Assembly (NCBI GenBank): GCA_965248575.1
Contig: CBDFJQ010000002.1
Span: 896,001-960,000 of the forward strand
Origin: Planctomycetota bacterium
GTDB lineage: Bacteria; Planctomycetota; B15-G4
Reading direction: 5' to 3'
Length of the DNA stretch: 64,000 nucleotides
This document shows, one piece after another, positions 20,097 through 29,493 of the stretch. The notes beneath the pieces were generated by a model. That model saw only the letters and a program-made list of their open reading frames with translations, had not been told where the DNA came from and searched no databases. The stretch's first letter is position 1; each line of letters opens with the position of its first letter. The position numbers and the translations under genes were made by a program.

Positions 20097-21707
20097 ATGG
20101 AGACGCACGAGCAGAGCTCGATGGGGGCGCAGCACGACGCTGTGGCCATCGTCGACTTCGGCAGCCAGTTCACCCAGATCATCGCGCGGCGAGTGCGCGA
20201 GCACGGCGTCTTCTGCCGGATCTATCCGTGCACGGCGCCGGTTGAGGACATCTTGTCGGTGGCCGCTGTCGGTCCCGGTGGGACCAGCGTGGACGACGGT
20301 ATGCCCACCCGGCTCAAGGGCATCATCCTCTCGGGCGGCCCGCGTTCCGTCTACGCCCCGGACGCCGTCGCGGTGCATCCGGAGCTGCTGACGGCGGGCC
20401 TTCCCGTACTCGGCATCTGCTACGGCCTGCAAGCCACCATGAAGCAGTTGGGTGGCGAGGTGGAGCGGGGCACGACCGGCGGCGAGTACGGTCGCACCGA
20501 CTTCCACACGGATTCCCTGCCCGGCGTCCCTGAGTCGAGCGTGGTCTGGATGAGTCATGTGGACCGGGTGACCCGCCTGCCTGAGGGCTTCCGCAAGCTG
20601 GGCTGGAGCGAGGGGTGTCCCTTCGCGGCAGTCGAGAGCGAAGACGGCAACTTCCTCGGGCTCCAGTTCCACCCGGAGGTGAGCCACACAGAACACGGCT
20701 CCGCGATGCTCTCCCATTTCCTGCACGATCGCTGTGGGGCGGAGCGCAGTTGGGAGATGGGTTCCTTCCTGGAGGAAGCCAGCGCGGCAGTGAAGCGCCA
20801 GGTCGGCGACAAGCACGTCATCTGCGGCCTGTCCGGGGGCGTCGACAGCTCGACGCTAGCGATGCTCCTGCACCGCGCCTTGGGTGACCAGCTCACCTGC
20901 ATCTTCGTGGACAACGGACTGCTCCGAAAGGGCGAGTCAGCCCAGGTCCAGGAGACCTTTGGTGGTTCCTTCGGCATCCGCCTGAAGCACGTGGATGCGA
21001 GCGATGAGTTCCTCTCGGCGCTCGCCGGCGTGGATGACCCGGAGGAGAAGCGGCGCCGGATCGGCAAGGTGTTCATCGACGTCTTCTCGGATCAGGCGCG
21101 CTCGGCTGACGATGCCGCCTTTCTCGCCCAGGGTACCCTCTACCCAGATGTGATCGAGTCCGTCGCGGCCCACGGGGGGCCAACATCCACCATCAAGACC
21201 CATCACAATGTGGGTGGCCTTCCCGACGACCTGAAGTTCGAGTTGGTCGAGCCGTTCCGGGAACTCTTCAAGGACGAGGTGCGGGAACTCGGCCGTCGCC
21301 TGGGCCTCGCAGAGGACATCGTAGGGCGCCACCCCTTCCCGGGACCGGGGCTGGCCGTGCGCATCCCTGGCGAGGTCACCCGCGAGAAGCTCAGCGTGCT
21401 GCGCGAGGCGGACGCCATCTTCCGCGATGAGCTGACCGATTCCGGCTGGATGGCCCGCACCTCCCAAGCCTTCTGCGTGTTGTTGCCCGTCCGCACTGTC
21501 GGCGTCATGGGCGACGAGCGCACCTACGAGAACGTGCTCGCCCTGCGTTGCGTCGACACGACGGACTTCATGACGGCTGATTGGAGTCGCCTGCCCTCGG
21601 ACCTTCTGGCTCGCGTGAGCAACCGCATCATCAACGAAGTCACGGGCATCAACCGGGTGGTCTACGACATCTCGAGCAAGCCCCCGGCGACCATCGAGTG
21701 GGAGTGA
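20097..21707 (+). CDS. guaA: GMP synthase (glutamine-hydrolysing)
   Basis: DFGSQF-Q-I-RR, GICYGLQ, QFHPEV-HT, SGGVDS, QGTLYPDVIES, IKTHHNVGGL, KPPATIEWE. Confidence 0.98.
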   Translation: METHEQSSMGAQHDAVAIVDFGSQFTQIIARRVREHGVFCRIYPCTAPVEDILSVAAVGPGGTSVDDGMPTRLKGIILSGGPRSVYAPDAVAVHPELLTAGLPVLGICYGLQATMKQLGGEVERGTTGGEYGRTDFHTDSLPGVPESSVVWMSHVDRVTRLPEGFRKLGWSEGCPFAAVESEDGNFLGLQFHPEVSHTEHGSAMLSHFLHDRCGAERSWEMGSFLEEASAAVKRQVGDKHVICGLSGGVDSSTLAMLLHRALGDQLTCIFVDNGLLRKGESAQVQETFGGSFGIRLKHVDASDEFLSALAGVDDPEEKRRRIGKVFIDVFSDQARSADDAAFLAQGTLYPDVIESVAAHGGPTSTIKTHHNVGGLPDDLKFELVEPFRELFKDEVRELGRRLGLAEDIVGRHPFPGPGLAVRIPGEVTREKLSVLREADAIFRDELTDSGWMARTSQAFCVLLPVRTVGVMGDERTYENVLALRCVDTTDFMTADWSRLPSDLLARVSNRIINEVTGINRVVYDISSKPPATIEWE

Positions 21708-21787
21708 GGTTGTTCGCATGGGGCGCATCGGGCGCGTCCCAAGCCCGTCCCGCAGGCGGCTCTAGAGCTGCCCCCGGGAGTTGCCCC

Positions 21788-22828
21788 CTAGAGTTCAAAG
21801 ATGTCGCCGTCGCTGGCGATGTGGAAGCCTGCTTCGCGGACACTCCTGGAAGCAGCGCTTGAACCCTTCGCAGCAGGGTTGCTGTGGTTCAGGTGCGTGA
21901 AGAAGATCTTCGAGCGGAGCCCTGCGCGAGCTGCAGCTCCGAAACGCGCCATGCTCTCGGTGATGAAGGGGTGCGGAATGTCCTCCATGTTTCGGCCGGG
22001 GAGTTCGTCGGCCGTCGCAAACGTTCCGTCGAGCAGGGCGATGTCCACCTGGCTCAGCAGCGACTCCACGGGTCGATCCCAACGCTCCCACTTGTCGATG
22101 TCCGGAAGGAACAGCAACGCTGCCCGCGGGCCCTGCAGCAGGTAACCCACCGTGTCGCTCAGTTCGTCGCGGTGGGGGACCCGGAAAGAGGTGATGCTGA
22201 GGGTCTCGGAGGCCGTTCCGCCCGGACCGAACAGCGGCTGAGCGAGCCCGGGCTGCAGCAGCCTCGCTTCGAGATGCCCCGCCCGCTGCAGCAGTGCCCA
22301 GGGTTCGTTGTCTGCCAGGAAGCCCAGCAGGGACTCGGTCCCGAAGACGGGCGTGGCTTGGGCGGCGTAAGCTTCGCGACCGAGCTGAAGCAAGCCGGCC
22401 ACGTGCCCCATGTGCGCATGGGTCAGGTAGATGCCGTCGAAAAGTGGCGGGCGGCTGCCTGGCAGCTCGCGCTGCGGCGGGTGCCCTCGTGCCAGCTCGA
22501 CTTGCTCCCGCAGATCCGGGCTGGCATCGAGCAACCAGCGCCCACCCGAGGCCGGGTCCACGATGAGCAACGAGCTCCCGAGACGCCGGAGCTCGGGCTG
22601 AGACCGGGCGTCCTCGCAGCAAGCTCGGGTGCAACCGATCTGAGGCAGGCCAGCATCCTGCGCGGTACCCAACACGAGCGCGTACGGCCCGCTCACAGGA
22701 GGCTCTGCGAGCGCAGGCCTTGACGTGATCGGGGCGGAGCAGGCGCAGAGACACCCAAGCCACAGGAGGCTGAGCAGGGTGAGCCCTCCTCGGACCATCC
22801 CGCACAGATGAGGCATCGGACGCACCAT
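21788..22828 (-). CDS. MBL-fold metallo-hydrolase, PqqB-like, with signal/lipoprotein leader
   Basis: LGTAQDAG-PQIGC---C, DASPD, THAHMGH, VPHRDE, PDIDKW, LDGTF, HLNHSN; exact start uncertain. Confidence 0.8.
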   Translation of the reverse strand: MVRPMPHLCGMVRGGLTLLSLLWLGCLCACSAPITSRPALAEPPVSGPYALVLGTAQDAGLPQIGCTRACCEDARSQPELRRLGSSLLIVDPASGGRWLLDASPDLREQVELARGHPPQRELPGSRPPLFDGIYLTHAHMGHVAGLLQLGREAYAAQATPVFGTESLLGFLADNEPWALLQRAGHLEARLLQPGLAQPLFGPGGTASETLSITSFRVPHRDELSDTVGYLLQGPRAALLFLPDIDKWERWDRPVESLLSQVDIALLDGTFATADELPGRNMEDIPHPFITESMARFGAAARAGLRSKIFFTHLNHSNPAAKGSSAASRSVREAGFHIASDGDIFEL

Positions 22829-23061
22829 GGACTGCTCCCTCACCGGGCCTACCGTGACTCGTTCATCTGGCCAAACCCCTGGGGACCCTCCGAAAGCCGA
22901 AAGCCCGAGCGGACCCTCGCTACGATGGAGCCTCGGCGCTGAGCTGACAAGCCCACGGCGTCAGGGAGGGGTGCCGTGGGGTAATCTCGCAGCTCGCCAG
23001 AAGGGGGCCCTTTCACGTCATCCCCCCTGTCCTTTCGTCGTCGTTCCAGCTCTCGCACCCC

Positions 23062-24183
23062 ATGAAGCCCATGACGTCCGCCCCTGCCCCCGCTCGACGC
23101 GCCAAGCGCTCACGCCTAGCGCTGGCCATGCTGCTGATGTTGGGGCTGGCCGTAGCCATGGAGCTGGGCGTCCGCACCTATGACGTTGCCCAAGGCAAAG
23201 GCTTTGGCGGGCACAGGAGCCCCCTCGGTCGCGAGCGCAAGCCGGTGCGCCCCTTTCGCCAATTTGGCGAGGACCTCTACGTCACCCGGGATGGGCAACG
23301 CTTCGTGTCGTCCGTACACGGCGAGCTCTACCCCTTGAGCAAGGCGAGCGGGACCTACCGCATCGTCGTCTTCGGCGGCTCCACGACCCACAACGTGGAG
23401 GCTTGGCGCGAGCAGGGGATCCACTACCCCCTGGAGCTGCAGCGCCAGCTCAGGGAGAGCTCGGGGCGGGACGAGATCGAGGTCATCAACGTCGGCTTCA
23501 GCGCCTACTCCACAGCCCACTCCCTCAGCGTGCTTGCGCTCAACGTCCTGTCCTGGGACCCGGACCTGGTGATCCTGAGCCACAACACAAACGACCTGCA
23601 CGTGTCCTACTTCCCTGAATTCGAGCCTGACTACGCGAACAAGTACGGACACCCTAGCTACATGGGGCCGGACTACCGGAAGGAGTACTCGATCCCCAAC
23701 GTGCTCTTCCAATGGAGCGAGGCGTATTGGTTCCTGGGGGAGATGCTCGGCCCACCCAGCGCCGATCGCAGCTTGAAACGCGCCGACTACCCGGAGCAGC
23801 CGGAGCGCTTCATCGCCCAGGCCTTCGCACGAAACCTAGCCTCCTTCGCGAGCCTTGCCATGGCCAACGACATCGACGTGGTCTTCGGTAGCCAGGCCCG
23901 ACACACGGACCCGGAGCGCTTCGACCGGCACATGGGCGGGAAGCTCTACAACGATATCGTGCGCTACCCCGAACATTCCGTGGCTGCGCTACGACACGCG
24001 GCCTTCAACCAATTGATGGGGGAGGTGGCCGCCAACATGGGCGCAGGCTTCGTGGACAACTCCGGGATGGACGGGGTCGACGAGTACTTCACCGACCATG
24101 TGCACTACACCCCCGCGGGCATCCGCGTCCTGGCGGCGAACTACGTACAGGCTCTGCGCGATCGCGTCCCAGAACTCCGCTGA
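23062..24183 (+). CDS. SGNH/GDSL hydrolase family protein, membrane-anchored
   Basis: N-terminal TM; RIVVFGGSTT, EVIN-G, PDLVI----ND, F-DHVHYT-AG. Confidence 0.8.
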   Translation: MKPMTSAPAPARRAKRSRLALAMLLMLGLAVAMELGVRTYDVAQGKGFGGHRSPLGRERKPVRPFRQFGEDLYVTRDGQRFVSSVHGELYPLSKASGTYRIVVFGGSTTHNVEAWREQGIHYPLELQRQLRESSGRDEIEVINVGFSAYSTAHSLSVLALNVLSWDPDLVILSHNTNDLHVSYFPEFEPDYANKYGHPSYMGPDYRKEYSIPNVLFQWSEAYWFLGEMLGPPSADRSLKRADYPEQPERFIAQAFARNLASFASLAMANDIDVVFGSQARHTDPERFDRHMGGKLYNDIVRYPEHSVAALRHAAFNQLMGEVAANMGAGFVDNSGMDGVDEYFTDHVHYTPAGIRVLAANYVQALRDRVPELR

Positions 24184-24196
24184 GGAACGCTGACCT

Positions 24197-25183
24197 GTGA
24201 GCAAGTCGGTGCCAAGGGATCCAGCGACAGGGCTCCCGGCGCGCTTCGTGGCTCGTCTTGAGCGCATCGTGCCGGAGGACGCACTGCAGTGCGTTCTGGA
24301 TGGTCTCTGCCAGGACCGGGGGGTGAGCTTCCGCGTGAACACGCTACGTGCGGAAGCGGCTGCGGTGTTCGCTGCGCTCGAAGCGGAGGGCATCCAGTTC
24401 ACGCGGGTGGCATGGTTCGCGGAGGCTGGACTGTTGACCACCGGGAGCGTGCGCGACCTTCAGCAGAGTGGTCCGCATCAACGGGGGGAGCTCTTCATCC
24501 AGGGGCTCGCCAGCATGACGGCGCCCTTGGCACTCGAGCCCAAACCAGGGGAGGCGATCCTCGATCTGTGCGCTGCGCCGGGCGGCAAGACGACCCTGCT
24601 GGCATGCCTCATGAACGGGAGCGCGACCGACAGTGAGTTGCGCTTGCACGCGAACGACGGAAGCCGCTCGCGTGTGTACAAACTGCGCGCGGTGCTTGAG
24701 CAGCAAGGTGTGCAGGGGGCCGTCACGACCGCTCGCCAGGGCCAGGGTTTCGGGCGTAGCCACGCAGGTGTCTTCGATGCCGTGTTGCTGGATGCGCCCT
24801 GCAGCGCAGAAGCGCGCCAGCACCCCGACTCCGAGGAGCACTGGACGGCGCGTCGCATCCCACGACTGGCTGGCCTGCAGACCCGGCTGCTGGAATCTGC
24901 CGTCGCCGCCACCCGTCCAGGCGGGCGGATCCTCTACGCCACCTGCACCTTTGCGCCGGAAGAGAACGAAGCGGTGGTGAATCGGGTGCTGCTGCGGCAC
25001 GCAGGTTGCCTTGCCTTGGAGGAGCTGCCCTTGCCGTTGCCGCCCGCCTTGCCTGGCCTGACCCAGTGGGGGCGCAAGAGCTTCCATGCGGATCTGGCGT
25101 TGAGCCGCCGGCTGCTCCCCGGCCCTGGCGTGGAGGGTTTCTACCTCGCCTTGCTGCGGAAGCATGAGGCAGCCGCCTCCTGA
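24197..25183 (+). CDS. RsmB/RsmF (NOL1/NOP2/Sun) rRNA m5C methyltransferase
   Basis: FRVNTL, IQ--ASM, LDLCAAPGGKT, FD-VLLDAPCS, YATCT--PEENE. Confidence 0.9.
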   Translation: MSKSVPRDPATGLPARFVARLERIVPEDALQCVLDGLCQDRGVSFRVNTLRAEAAAVFAALEAEGIQFTRVAWFAEAGLLTTGSVRDLQQSGPHQRGELFIQGLASMTAPLALEPKPGEAILDLCAAPGGKTTLLACLMNGSATDSELRLHANDGSRSRVYKLRAVLEQQGVQGAVTTARQGQGFGRSHAGVFDAVLLDAPCSAEARQHPDSEEHWTARRIPRLAGLQTRLLESAVAATRPGGRILYATCTFAPEENEAVVNRVLLRHAGCLALEELPLPLPPALPGLTQWGRKSFHADLALSRRLLPGPGVEGFYLALLRKHEAAAS

Positions 25184-25242
25184 GCTCCGCCGCGGCAAAG
25201 AAGAGCCTGCCACTGAGCTGAGGGGGCTGGTACGGTCCCGCG

Positions 25243-27435
25243 ATGTCCTCACCGGCTGCCCGCTTCCTTGCCTGCCTGCTCGGGCCGCTCTTGGCTGCAG
25301 TGCTCTACGCACCCAATTGGGAGGGCACCTTCCTGGAGGACGATCTCTTCCTCCCCAACCTGATTGGTGCGGAGGCTGAAGGCGGCGGTCTGGACTGGGG
25401 CAAGGTCCTGTCGGAATTCGGCAGACCCTGGGGTGCCGACCGCGGCATGTTCTACCGGCCCATCGTCACGCTGAGCGCGGCCGTGGACTATGCGCTGTCC
25501 AGCGCGCCAGCACGCATGCTGCACGTGACCAATGTCCTGATCCACGTCTTGGCTGCCTTCTTCTGCGGCCTGCTCTGCATGCGCGTGTGCCCGAAGCGCG
25601 CCGTCCTCGCGGGGCTGTTGGGGGGGATGCTGTTCGCCCTGCACCCCGCCGCCACGGAACCGGTGTGTTGGATCGCGGGACGCACCTCCAGCTTGGCCCT
25701 CGTCTTCCAGTTGGCCGCGCTCGTGGCCTTCGCTCGCTATCGACGCGAGCGGAGCCACATCAGTCTCTGGCTTTGCGGCCTCGCCTGCGCTCTCGCCTAC
25801 CTCTCCAAAGAGGAGGCGATCGTCACGCCGGCCGTCCTGTTGCTCTGGGACGGCATCTTGTGCGTGGTTCACGGAGGGCGCCTGCGGTGGAAGGCGCACA
25901 TCGCCCTGGCTCCTGTCTGGCTGGCCTACTGGGCGGCCCGCTGGTTCGCCTTGGGGGAGCATTGGGCCGGTGGCGAGCAACCCGCCTTGAGCGTGCCCCT
26001 GGCAGCCCAGCACCTGATCGAGAAGCTGGCCGTGGTCCTGGCGCCGTTCATGCAGCAACGCTGGCCCGGGCAGGAAGCCTTGTTGGCCGCCTGCGCGCTG
26101 GCCGTCCTGCTGGCTTGCCTCACTCACCGGGTGAGTCGCTGGGTGCTCGCCCTGTGTGCTCTCTGGGGCGCCGTCTCCGTAGCCCCCAGCCTGCCCTACC
26201 CGCAATCCCTCGACCTCGCCGGCAGCCGCTACGTCTACGCTGCCGTCGCCGCTCTCAGCCTGGCCGCCGTCGTCGCACTGGATTCGCGCTTCGCGTGGAT
26301 CCGTCGCGGACTTCCGGTGGTGCTCGTCGTGTGGTGCATGCTCTTTGCGAGCGTGACGGCGCAGCGCACGCAGGATTACGTCTTGGCCTACGAGAACGTG
26401 CATCGGCTGGAAGCCAGCTTGGCGAAGGCGACCCAGGACAGCACGGCGGAGCGCCCCTTGGCCGTGATGGCCACGCCACCCGGGGTGCGGGGGGTGCCGT
26501 CGATCCGTGCCAGTTCCTTGTTTGCCTTGGGCGAACGCCCCTTCGTCGCCGAGGACGTCCCGGTGCTGTCCCTATGGTTTCTCTTCTACAGAACGCCGCG
26601 CTCCATGAACTTGTGGAAGGCGGCAGGCCCGCTCCGAGCCATGCAGCGCATGGGAGCCGACGTGGTGGGTTGGTCGAACACCCTCGGTGAGTTCGAACCG
26701 CTCACACGCTCACGCCCGCCTTTCCAAGCCCGGGAGCTTTCGAGCCTGGACGGAAGACGTTTCGATTTCGGGGGAGATTCCGTCTCGCCAGCTCGTATCG
26801 AATCCCTGCGTGTGGAGGTGAGCAAACCCGGTACAGGCGCAGGTGCGGGCAAGCTCGCATCCCACAGCGGAAAGCTCTGGTGGTTCGTACGCCCTGCTGG
26901 CAGTGACACCGACGTCTTGAGCAAGCCCCGGGTGTTCCGTGGGCCGTGGGCGGACGGCGATCAGAAAGTGTTCTCCATCGATCTCTTTGACGACTGGGAG
27001 TTCCTGTCCGCTTCGTACACGGGAGGCATCCACGGTTTCATCGTGGAGCTGGATGGGCAGGCTGATTCGGTCGTACGCGTGAGCACTGCGCCACGCTTGG
27101 AGACGCTCCCCCTGCCAACGGTCTTCGCCGATCGCAACCTGACCATTCGCGAGGAAGCCACCGTCTTGCGAGCCCCGGAACTGCCGCGGGACGGTCTCAG
27201 CATGCAGTTGGTGCTGCTGGGCCCCGACCGGGGTTATGCCACCACGGTGCAGCCGGGCCAGCCGATCCACTTCCCCGATGAGATCGTGCATCCGGCAGAA
27301 CGCCTGGCACAGTTCTCGCGCATCAGCCGCTACTACTACTACTTCGTGGCGCGCAGCCCTGCCGGGCGCAGCCTTCCCGGGGCGCGCTCCGAGATGGATT
27401 GGCTCCGCTTGAAGAAAGCAAAAGCGAGCCCCTAG
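25243..27435 (+). CDS. GT-C-fold membrane glycosyltransferase (TMTC/PMT-like N-terminal region) with extracytoplasmic C-terminal domain
   Basis: F--DD, FYRP, H--N---H, LFALHP--TE-V-WI-GR, LSKE, RY-Y motifs. Confidence 0.7.
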   Translation: MSSPAARFLACLLGPLLAAVLYAPNWEGTFLEDDLFLPNLIGAEAEGGGLDWGKVLSEFGRPWGADRGMFYRPIVTLSAAVDYALSSAPARMLHVTNVLIHVLAAFFCGLLCMRVCPKRAVLAGLLGGMLFALHPAATEPVCWIAGRTSSLALVFQLAALVAFARYRRERSHISLWLCGLACALAYLSKEEAIVTPAVLLLWDGILCVVHGGRLRWKAHIALAPVWLAYWAARWFALGEHWAGGEQPALSVPLAAQHLIEKLAVVLAPFMQQRWPGQEALLAACALAVLLACLTHRVSRWVLALCALWGAVSVAPSLPYPQSLDLAGSRYVYAAVAALSLAAVVALDSRFAWIRRGLPVVLVVWCMLFASVTAQRTQDYVLAYENVHRLEASLAKATQDSTAERPLAVMATPPGVRGVPSIRASSLFALGERPFVAEDVPVLSLWFLFYRTPRSMNLWKAAGPLRAMQRMGADVVGWSNTLGEFEPLTRSRPPFQARELSSLDGRRFDFGGDSVSPARIESLRVEVSKPGTGAGAGKLASHSGKLWWFVRPAGSDTDVLSKPRVFRGPWADGDQKVFSIDLFDDWEFLSASYTGGIHGFIVELDGQADSVVRVSTAPRLETLPLPTVFADRNLTIREEATVLRAPELPRDGLSMQLVLLGPDRGYATTVQPGQPIHFPDEIVHPAERLAQFSRISRYYYYFVARSPAGRSLPGARSEMDWLRLKKAKASP

Positions 27436-27458
27436 AGCCTCTAGAACCTCTAGAGCCC
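27432..27458 (+). repeat. 3x 9-bp tandem repeat CTAGA(G/A)CC(T/C)
   Basis: CTAGAGCCT CTAGAACCT CTAGAGCCC; gives three in-frame TAG codons at the end of the GT-C gene. Confidence 0.7.
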
Positions 27459-27490
27459 CCAGCTCCCCCCGGGGGTCGCCTGGCAAGGGC

Positions 27491-27527
27491 TTGACGTTTG
27501 GTAAATGTTAGGTATGTGTTAGGGCTC
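27491..27527 (+). promoter_or_regulatory. Putative sigma70 promoter of imuABC overlapped by three 11-bp-period direct repeats (candidate operator)
   Basis: TTGACG at 27491 and TATGTG at 27513 in an AT-rich patch; CGTTTGG (27495), TGTTAGG (27506), TGTTAGG (27517). Confidence 0.6.
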
Positions 27528-28205
27528 ATGCCTACCGACACAAGCCATGCCAAGTGCCCGACCCTCAGCACTCACCTGCCCTCAGGCTGGGGTTCGCTCG
27601 ATGCCCTGCTGGGGGGTGGCTGGCCCGCAGGCGGTCTGGTCGAGATCCTCGGCCACGGGGGGACCAGCCTGGCTTTGGGGGCCGTCCGGGCCGCTCAGCA
27701 ACAGGAGCTGCCCATCGCCTGGATCGACGGTTCGAACAGCTTCTGCCCGGCCACCGCCTCGCTCGACCCCTCGCGCCTGACGTGGGTCCGCGCGGGGGCT
27801 TCTCAGGGCCGCTCCGCCGTGAGTTCAGCGCTCTTCGCCGCCGACGTCCTGTTGCGCAGCCGCGCCTACAGCCTGCTGGTCTTGGACCTCCCTGCACGTC
27901 GGAGCCCTTCCCGCTCCGCCTGGTTCCGTCTCGCCCGTCTGGCTGTGCGGGCCGAGACAACGCTCCTGCTGCTGCACCCCGATGGGGGCTGGCAGGGGGC
28001 TCTTCCCGAGCGCTCGCCTGGCGCCCTGCGCATGCTCGCCGGTTCTGCGTCCCAGATGCAGGTCGACGTGCGCTTGCGGTCTCCGGAGGGGGCGGAGTGG
28101 GACGAGTGGCCGGCCCCCGAACTCGAGCTCTGGCTGCACCGGAAGCGGTTCTCGCAGGACCCAGGTGAAAACTCACAACCCCTGCGCCTGCAGATCGAAA
28201 ACTGA
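27528..28205 (+). CDS. imuA: ImuA (RecA-like, catalytically degenerate) translesion synthesis protein
   Basis: PSGW--LDALL-GGWP-G-LVEI-G with a degenerate Walker A, AWID, A-D--LRS-A--L-VLD; first gene of an imuA-imuB-dnaE2 cassette. Confidence 0.85.
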   Translation: MPTDTSHAKCPTLSTHLPSGWGSLDALLGGGWPAGGLVEILGHGGTSLALGAVRAAQQQELPIAWIDGSNSFCPATASLDPSRLTWVRAGASQGRSAVSSALFAADVLLRSRAYSLLVLDLPARRSPSRSAWFRLARLAVRAETTLLLLHPDGGWQGALPERSPGALRMLAGSASQMQVDVRLRSPEGAEWDEWPAPELELWLHRKRFSQDPGENSQPLRLQIEN

Positions 28206-28206
28206 G

Positions 28207-29478
28207 ATGCTCGTCTGTGTCCTCCTGTCCCGATCCGAACCCGAACTGGCGCGCAAGCTCTTCGCCATCAGCCCCCTGCTGGAACGGGTGGAGCAGGCGG
28301 AGGGAGCCGGCCAGGCTGTCTTCCTGGATGTCACGGGCACCTCCCGTCTGCATGGGGGCACCGTGGGTTTGTTTGCCGCCATCCGCTCCGCTTTGGGTCC
28401 TGGGCAAAGCGCTGACCTGCAGGGCATGGCGCTGGCCAGCAATCGCTTCACCGCAGAGGTCGCGGCCCGTTGCAGCGGGCGCGCCGTGGCCATCGCCCCC
28501 GGCGAGGAGGCGCTCTACCTGGCCCAGCGACCTCTGAGCGAACTGCCCCTGAGCGCCTCCCTGGCCCGACGCCTGGGCCCCTTGGGGCTGGAAACCCTTG
28601 GAGAGTTCGCGGCCCTGCCGGTGGCCGCCGTCGATCGGCGTTACGGCCCGGAAGGCATTGCCTTGCACCGCTTGGCCCGGGGCGAAGATGACCGCAGCCT
28701 GCTCCCCGAGCAGCCGGGAGCGCGCCGCAGTGTGTGGCGCCAGCTCGAACACCCCGTCGACCGCCTCCTGCGCCTGGAGCCCTTCCTCGAGCAGGCCCTG
28801 ACGATTCTGTGCGAAGCCTTGGAGGAACGCGGCGAGGGGCTCCTCTCCTTGCGCCTGCAGCTCTTCTTCTCCTCAGGGCAGGCCCAGTGGGAGCTCTCCC
28901 CGGCCACTCCAGAGCGTCGGGTGCCCTTGCTGCTGGAGCTGACCCGGCTGCGGCTTCAGGCCCAACCACCTCAAGCGGCCGTGAGCGCTTTCCAATTGGA
29001 AGTGCTTCGCACGCAGCGCATGGCCGTGCACCAGGCACAACTCTTCGGTGGCTTGCCGGGCGACACCGCCCGAGATCCCGCTCGCAGGGCGGAGGCCCTG
29101 GCGCGGCTCACAGAGCGCCTTGGCCAAGGAGCCCTGGGGCAGCCCCAGATGCGCGCTGCCCACCGCCTGGAAGATCGTTGGCAAGGGGGGCCGGGAGAAG
29201 TCCCGGCGCGCCCAGCCGCCGGGCCGGCCCTGAGGGTGCTCGCGGAGCCCGAGCGTCTGGTGCCCGTGTCCATGGGGGGGCAACTGATGGGCTTCCGGCG
29301 CGGGGCCCAGGAGCTCTCACTCGGGCGCCTCTCCGCGCCTCGACGCTTGGAAGGGGGCTGGTGGGCGACTCCCTGGGCACGGGACGAACACGACCTGGAG
29401 CCGCTGCAGGGAGGGCGGCTGCGCATCTGTCGCGACCTGGGTCTGAAGTGCTGGCTGCTCCTCGGTGAGTTCGACTGA
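28207..29478 (+). CDS. imuB: ImuB (inactive Y-family polymerase)
   Basis: SP--E, FLD-TG---L-GG, L--LG--TLG-FA-LP, clamp motif QAQLF, AL-RL--RLG, P-RLEGGWW...RD; start at ATG 28207. Confidence 0.85.
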   Translation: MLVCVLLSRSEPELARKLFAISPLLERVEQAEGAGQAVFLDVTGTSRLHGGTVGLFAAIRSALGPGQSADLQGMALASNRFTAEVAARCSGRAVAIAPGEEALYLAQRPLSELPLSASLARRLGPLGLETLGEFAALPVAAVDRRYGPEGIALHRLARGEDDRSLLPEQPGARRSVWRQLEHPVDRLLRLEPFLEQALTILCEALEERGEGLLSLRLQLFFSSGQAQWELSPATPERRVPLLLELTRLRLQAQPPQAAVSAFQLEVLRTQRMAVHQAQLFGGLPGDTARDPARRAEALARLTERLGQGALGQPQMRAAHRLEDRWQGGPGEVPARPAAGPALRVLAEPERLVPVSMGGQLMGFRRGAQELSLGRLSAPRRLEGGWWATPWARDEHDLEPLQGGRLRICRDLGLKCWLLLGEFD

Positions 29479-29493
29479 AAGGGAGGTCAACGC

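Noticed and set aside
21788..22828. PQQ biosynthesis cluster suggested by the PqqB-like gene
   Set aside because: No pqqA/C/D/E nearby; the protein has an export signal typical of stand-alone MBL hydrolases
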